Translations under genes and position numbers: made by a program | The notes under the pieces: model-generated | What the model was told of the DNA's origin: nothing | Seen by the model: only the letters and a program-made list of their open reading frames with translations | The model's database searches: none | Shown: positions 28,884 to 32,000 of the stretch, piece by piece | How positions within the stretch are numbered: the first letter of the stretch is position 1 | How the letters are laid out: each line of letters begins with the position of its first letter | NCBI RefSeq assembly: GCF_000039765.1 | Contig: NC_004459.3 | Coordinates: 480,001 to 512,000, forward strand | Direction: 5' to 3' | Length of the DNA: 32,000 nucleotides | DNA from: Vibrio vulnificus CMCP6 | GTDB lineage: Bacteria; Pseudomonadota; Gammaproteobacteria; Enterobacterales; Vibrionaceae

Positions 28884-30446
28884 TTACTCTGTCCCAGCTT
28901 TTAGGTCTTTTACCCGAATCCCGAGTAAAAAGGCACAAGCAACGTACGCCAATGCGCCAAAGCCGATCAACATCGTCAGCATTGCGGCACGATGGGCGGT
29001 GGTCCACTCAAGCCAAACACTCATCTCATCAAGTTGCCACAAAATCGCCGCCACCATCACCGCACCAGAAACCACTAAACGACTGATAAATAAAAACGTA
29101 CGTCGAGAGATTTTATAAACACCAGCGATATGCAAACCTCGGTACAACAGTGCCATGTTAACAAAGGCAGACAAAGCGGTCGCGATAGCCAAACCAACAT
29201 AACCATAGAACCAAGCAAAAATGGCGTTAAACACCATGTTGGTCAGCATAGCAACAATGCCATATTTCACTGGCGTTTTAGTGTCTTGACGAGAATAGTA
29301 GCCAGGCGCGAGTACCTTAATCAGCATAAAATTCAACAACCCAGAAGCGTACGCCAAAAGAGACAGAGAGGCTTGATGCACATCTTGTGGGGTAAACTCA
29401 CCACGCATAAACAGCACCATCAGCATTGGCTTGGCCAATACCATCAAACCGAGCATTGCTGGAATGCCTAGTAAGGTGACCATGCGAACCCCCCAATCCA
29501 TGGTATGGGCAAAACCCTCGCTGTGTGCATCCACATGTTTGCGAGAAAGCGCAGGAAGGATCACCGTCGCAATGGCAATACCAAATAGGCCCAATGGGAA
29601 CTCAAGCAAACGATCAGAATAGTAAAGCCATGAAATCGAACCAGTTTGCAGGAAGCTGGCAATAAAGGTATCAAACAATAAGTTAATTTGACTGACCGAT
29701 ACCCCAAATAAAGCGGGGATCATCAAGGTACGGATTTTAACCACGCCCGGATCGCGCCAACCCCACTTCGGTTTGACTAAAACCCCCGCTTTAATAAGGA
29801 AGGGCATTTGAAAAAGAAACTGTACTAAACCACCCAGAAACACCCCTATCGCCAAACCCACTTCAGGTTGAGCCATGATCGGTGATATGTACCATGCACA
29901 GAGAATGATCATCACGTTGAGAAAAACGGGTGTAAATGAGGACACCGCGAATTTGCCCATGGTATTGAGAATCGCACCAGACAAGGCAACAAAGGTGATA
30001 AACCAAAGATAAGGAAAGGTGATTTTGAGCATAAAGCTGGCAAGCTCAAATTTTTCCGCGGCTGGCCCACCATGTAACCAATCAATAAACCATCCCGCGC
30101 CAAACAATGCCGTGACAACGCCAGAACCGAGCACCCCTAAAATCGTCACGACGGAAACGATCACTCCGAGCGTCCCTGATGCTTTAGCGATGAGATCCCG
30201 TGTTTTGTTTAGATCGCCACTGGCGTGGTATTCCGTCAGTACTGGCACAAAGGCTTGAGAGAACGCTCCCTCAGCAAAAAGTCTTCTTAAGAAATTCGGA
30301 ATTTTGTTGGCAAAGAAAAATACGTCGGCACTGGCACCTGCGCCCATTAAATTGGCGACAACCACATCGCGCACTAAGCCTAAAACACGAGAAACCAACG
30401 TCATAGCGCTGACGATCATGCCGGACTTGAGTAGTCGTTTACTCAC
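28884..30446 (-). CDS. murJ: Lipid II flippase MurJ (MviN)
   Basis: MSKRLLKSGMIVSAMTLVSRVLGLVRDVVVANLMGAGASADVFFFANKIPNFLRRLFAEGAFSQAFVPVL. Confidence 0.97.
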   Translation of the reverse strand: MSKRLLKSGMIVSAMTLVSRVLGLVRDVVVANLMGAGASADVFFFANKIPNFLRRLFAEGAFSQAFVPVLTEYHASGDLNKTRDLIAKASGTLGVIVSVVTILGVLGSGVVTALFGAGWFIDWLHGGPAAEKFELASFMLKITFPYLWFITFVALSGAILNTMGKFAVSSFTPVFLNVMIILCAWYISPIMAQPEVGLAIGVFLGGLVQFLFQMPFLIKAGVLVKPKWGWRDPGVVKIRTLMIPALFGVSVSQINLLFDTFIASFLQTGSISWLYYSDRLLEFPLGLFGIAIATVILPALSRKHVDAHSEGFAHTMDWGVRMVTLLGIPAMLGLMVLAKPMLMVLFMRGEFTPQDVHQASLSLLAYASGLLNFMLIKVLAPGYYSRQDTKTPVKYGIVAMLTNMVFNAIFAWFYGYVGLAIATALSAFVNMALLYRGLHIAGVYKISRRTFLFISRLVVSGAVMVAAILWQLDEMSVWLEWTTAHRAAMLTMLIGFGALAYVACAFLLGIRVKDLKAGTE

Positions 30447-30619
30447 TGTAACCTCGAAATATCACCGTAGCTTAACTTTTATCCGTCTTTTGTTAGGACA
30501 GACGCGGATATTTATTAGCATTGGTCTAAAAATGCTGATAGAATCCCCGCCATCTTAACCGCGATGCCCTTTCTTACCAAAACTTGTTTTGGTCGCGATG
30601 GGGTTTTTGCACAAATCAT

Positions 30620-30656
30620 TTGACAATCGGGCATAAATGAGGGATATTCCTCGCCC
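30620..30656 (+). promoter_or_regulatory. rpsT promoter with GC-rich discriminator
   Basis: TTGACA (30620-30625) - 17 nt - GATATT (30643-30648), then CCTCGCCC. Confidence 0.78.
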
Positions 30657-30696
30657 TTAAATTGTCACCGAACTAAAGTTTTTGGGAGTTAGACCC

Positions 30697-30957
30697 TTGG
30701 CAAATAACAAATCTGCTAAGAAGCGCGCTATCCAAGCTGAGAAACGTCGTCAGCACAATGCTAGCCGTCGTTCAATGATGCGCACTTACATGAAAAAAAC
30801 TGTTGCTGCAATCGCTGCTGGCGATAAAGAAGCTGCAACTGCTGCATTCGCTGTAGTTACACCGATCCTAGACCGCATGGCGACTAAAGGCCTTATTCAC
30901 AAGAATAAAGCAGCTCGTCACAAGTCTCGTTTCGCTGCACAAATCAAAGCTCTTTAA
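30697..30957 (+). CDS. rpsT: 30S ribosomal protein S20, TTG start
   Basis: TTG-GCA-AAT-AAC... = [34 protein letters not shown]; SD GGGAG at 30684-30688. The track start at 30682 (also TTG) overlaps the SD. Confidence 0.96.
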
Positions 30958-30975
30958 TAGAGTCTCGATTCAGTG

Positions 30976-31004
30976 AAAAAAGCCGGCTTTATGCCGGTTT
31001 TTTT
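30976..31004 (+). terminator. Rho-independent terminator downstream of rpsT
   Basis: AAAAAAGCCGGC-TTTAT-GCCGGTTTTTTT. Confidence 0.85.
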
Positions 31005-31028
31005 ATTGCTATCAAATTACCCATATAA

Positions 31029-31054
31029 AAAAGCTGGCTTGTAAGCCAGCTTTT
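31029..31054. terminator. Second, bidirectional terminator between rpsT and hlyU
   Basis: AAAAGCTGGCTT-GT-AAGCCAGCTTTT, 12-bp perfect inverted repeat. Confidence 0.85.
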
Positions 31055-31079
31055 CTTTTCTACACGGCACGCAAAAGCA

Positions 31080-31376
31080 TTATTCTTCGCAATAAAGACT
31101 GTGCAGCAGTTTAATCATTGCTTTTACTTCTTCACTTTTCAGAGTGTAGTAAACCGTTTGTGCTTCTTTACGCGTGGTCACCAAACCATCACGACGCAAC
31201 CATGCCAGATGCTGAGACAATGCAGACTGACTTAATTGCAATTTGGCACAAAGTTCCCCGACCGATAGCTCTTGATTGTGTAGCATGCATAAGATTTGCA
31301 GGCGTCTTTCATTGGCCATGGCTTTGAGTAATACGACAGCTTTAGCAGAATTCTGCTCCATATCTTTTAAGTTCAT
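31080..31376 (-). CDS. hlyU: ArsR/SmtB-family transcriptional regulator HlyU
   Basis: NSAKAVVLLKAMANERRLQILCMLHNQELSVGELCAKLQLSQSALSQHLAWLRRDGLVTTRKEAQTVYYTL. Confidence 0.93.
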   Translation of the reverse strand: MNLKDMEQNSAKAVVLLKAMANERRLQILCMLHNQELSVGELCAKLQLSQSALSQHLAWLRRDGLVTTRKEAQTVYYTLKSEEVKAMIKLLHSLYCEE

Positions 31377-31504
31377 GTGTTGGTCCTCTAGCTACAACTC
31401 ACATGTCCCAACGGTTGTTGCAGATAGTTGTGTTAAACAATTTTATAATTTAGGTTTATATTTTTGTAGATAGTAATCTATTTGGGGTATTCAAGGGAAC
31501 GGTT

Positions 31505-32000
31505 TCATTCAAACAATTGGCTAAAATCTGCGTCACATACATTCTTTACTGCGGGATGTTGAATCATACGCTCAGCAAAGATCACGTAATACTCTTCTTT
31601 GAGATCGTCAACATGGCCAATGAGTTGTAAAGTCAGATCTTCTTCGATTTCTGAGATATAGACGGTCGGGGCAAGGAAAATGACGTCATCATGGTAGCGA
31701 GCAAAGGCTTTCATTAGGGCCACATCATCAAATTCCCCTAAGACATCAGGTTGAATCCCTTGGCGATCAAACCACTGTAAAACCTTACGCCCCATCGCTG
31801 TTCGGCTCCCAGGAATCAACAGTTTTTTCTGCTCCAAAATTGCGGGAAATTCAGCATTATCTATTTTGGTGGAAGAGAAGAAACTCATGCTCGACTCACC
31901 CAGTTTCTTACTATATAGGCCGGGACTTTGTGTCGAGTCGACAGGACAATCAGACAGAATCATGTCGAGCTTGTGTTGTGCCAAACGTTCCAGCAGCAAT
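31505..32000 (-). CDS. nhaR: LysR-family transcriptional activator NhaR, C-terminal part; gene runs off the right edge
   Basis: [26 protein letters not shown]...[38 protein letters not shown], NhaR effector domain. Confidence 0.88.
   Translation of the reverse strand, partial: LLLERLAQHKLDMILSDCPVDSTQSPGLYSKKLGESSMSFFSSTKIDNAEFPAILEQKKLLIPGSRTAMGRKVLQWFDRQGIQPDVLGEFDDVALMKAFARYHDDVIFLAPTVYISEIEEDLTLQLIGHVDDLKEEYYVIFAERMIQHPAVKNVCDADFSQLFE

Noticed and set aside
28729-29118. Overlapping plus-strand ORFs (28729..29118, 28751..29086) across the ribF-murJ junction
   Set aside because: Antisense to both genes' ends, two overlapping frames, no motif or plausible initiation signal.
1-32000. Search for CRISPR, IS/transposase, prophage, integron attC, toxin-antitoxin or defence genes
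   Set aside because: None seen by eye; nearly all sequence is accounted for by conserved housekeeping genes and short intergenic regulatory DNA.

Overview
The window is a gene-dense core-chromosome segment of a Vibrio-like gammaproteobacterium, assigned from protein identity and gene order. Features in order: clpB (5' part), pgeF, rluD | bamD, raiA, pheL leader peptide, pheA, yjjX | trpR, slt | ettA, PilZ protein, M23 peptidase | tyrA, aroF, nagZ | anmK | Na+/H+ antiporter-like, DUF2799-type lipoprotein | cstA/btsT-like carrier, btsS/btsR-like LytS/LytTR two-component system | ispH, fkpB, lspA, ileS, ribF, murJ | rpsT | hlyU, nhaR (3' part). I found no mobile element, CRISPR array, rRNA, tRNA, toxin/defence island or novel multi-gene system. 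The interesting signals are regulatory. They are: (i) four ACCA(C/T)T boxes in exact 20-bp register upstream of cstA, next to the btsSR-like genes; (ii) an unannotated Phe-rich leader peptide and attenuator before pheA; (iii) two strong TyrR-like boxes and one weak one upstream of aroF-tyrA; (iv) a sigma32-type promoter before clpB; (v) a near-perfect CRP palindrome, a second CRP-like site and a coupled 10-codon mini-ORF before raiA; (vi) a trpR 3' end that forms half of a convergent terminator; (vii) a TTG-start rpsT with a GC-rich discriminator. All motif calls were made by eye and need computational or experimental confirmation.
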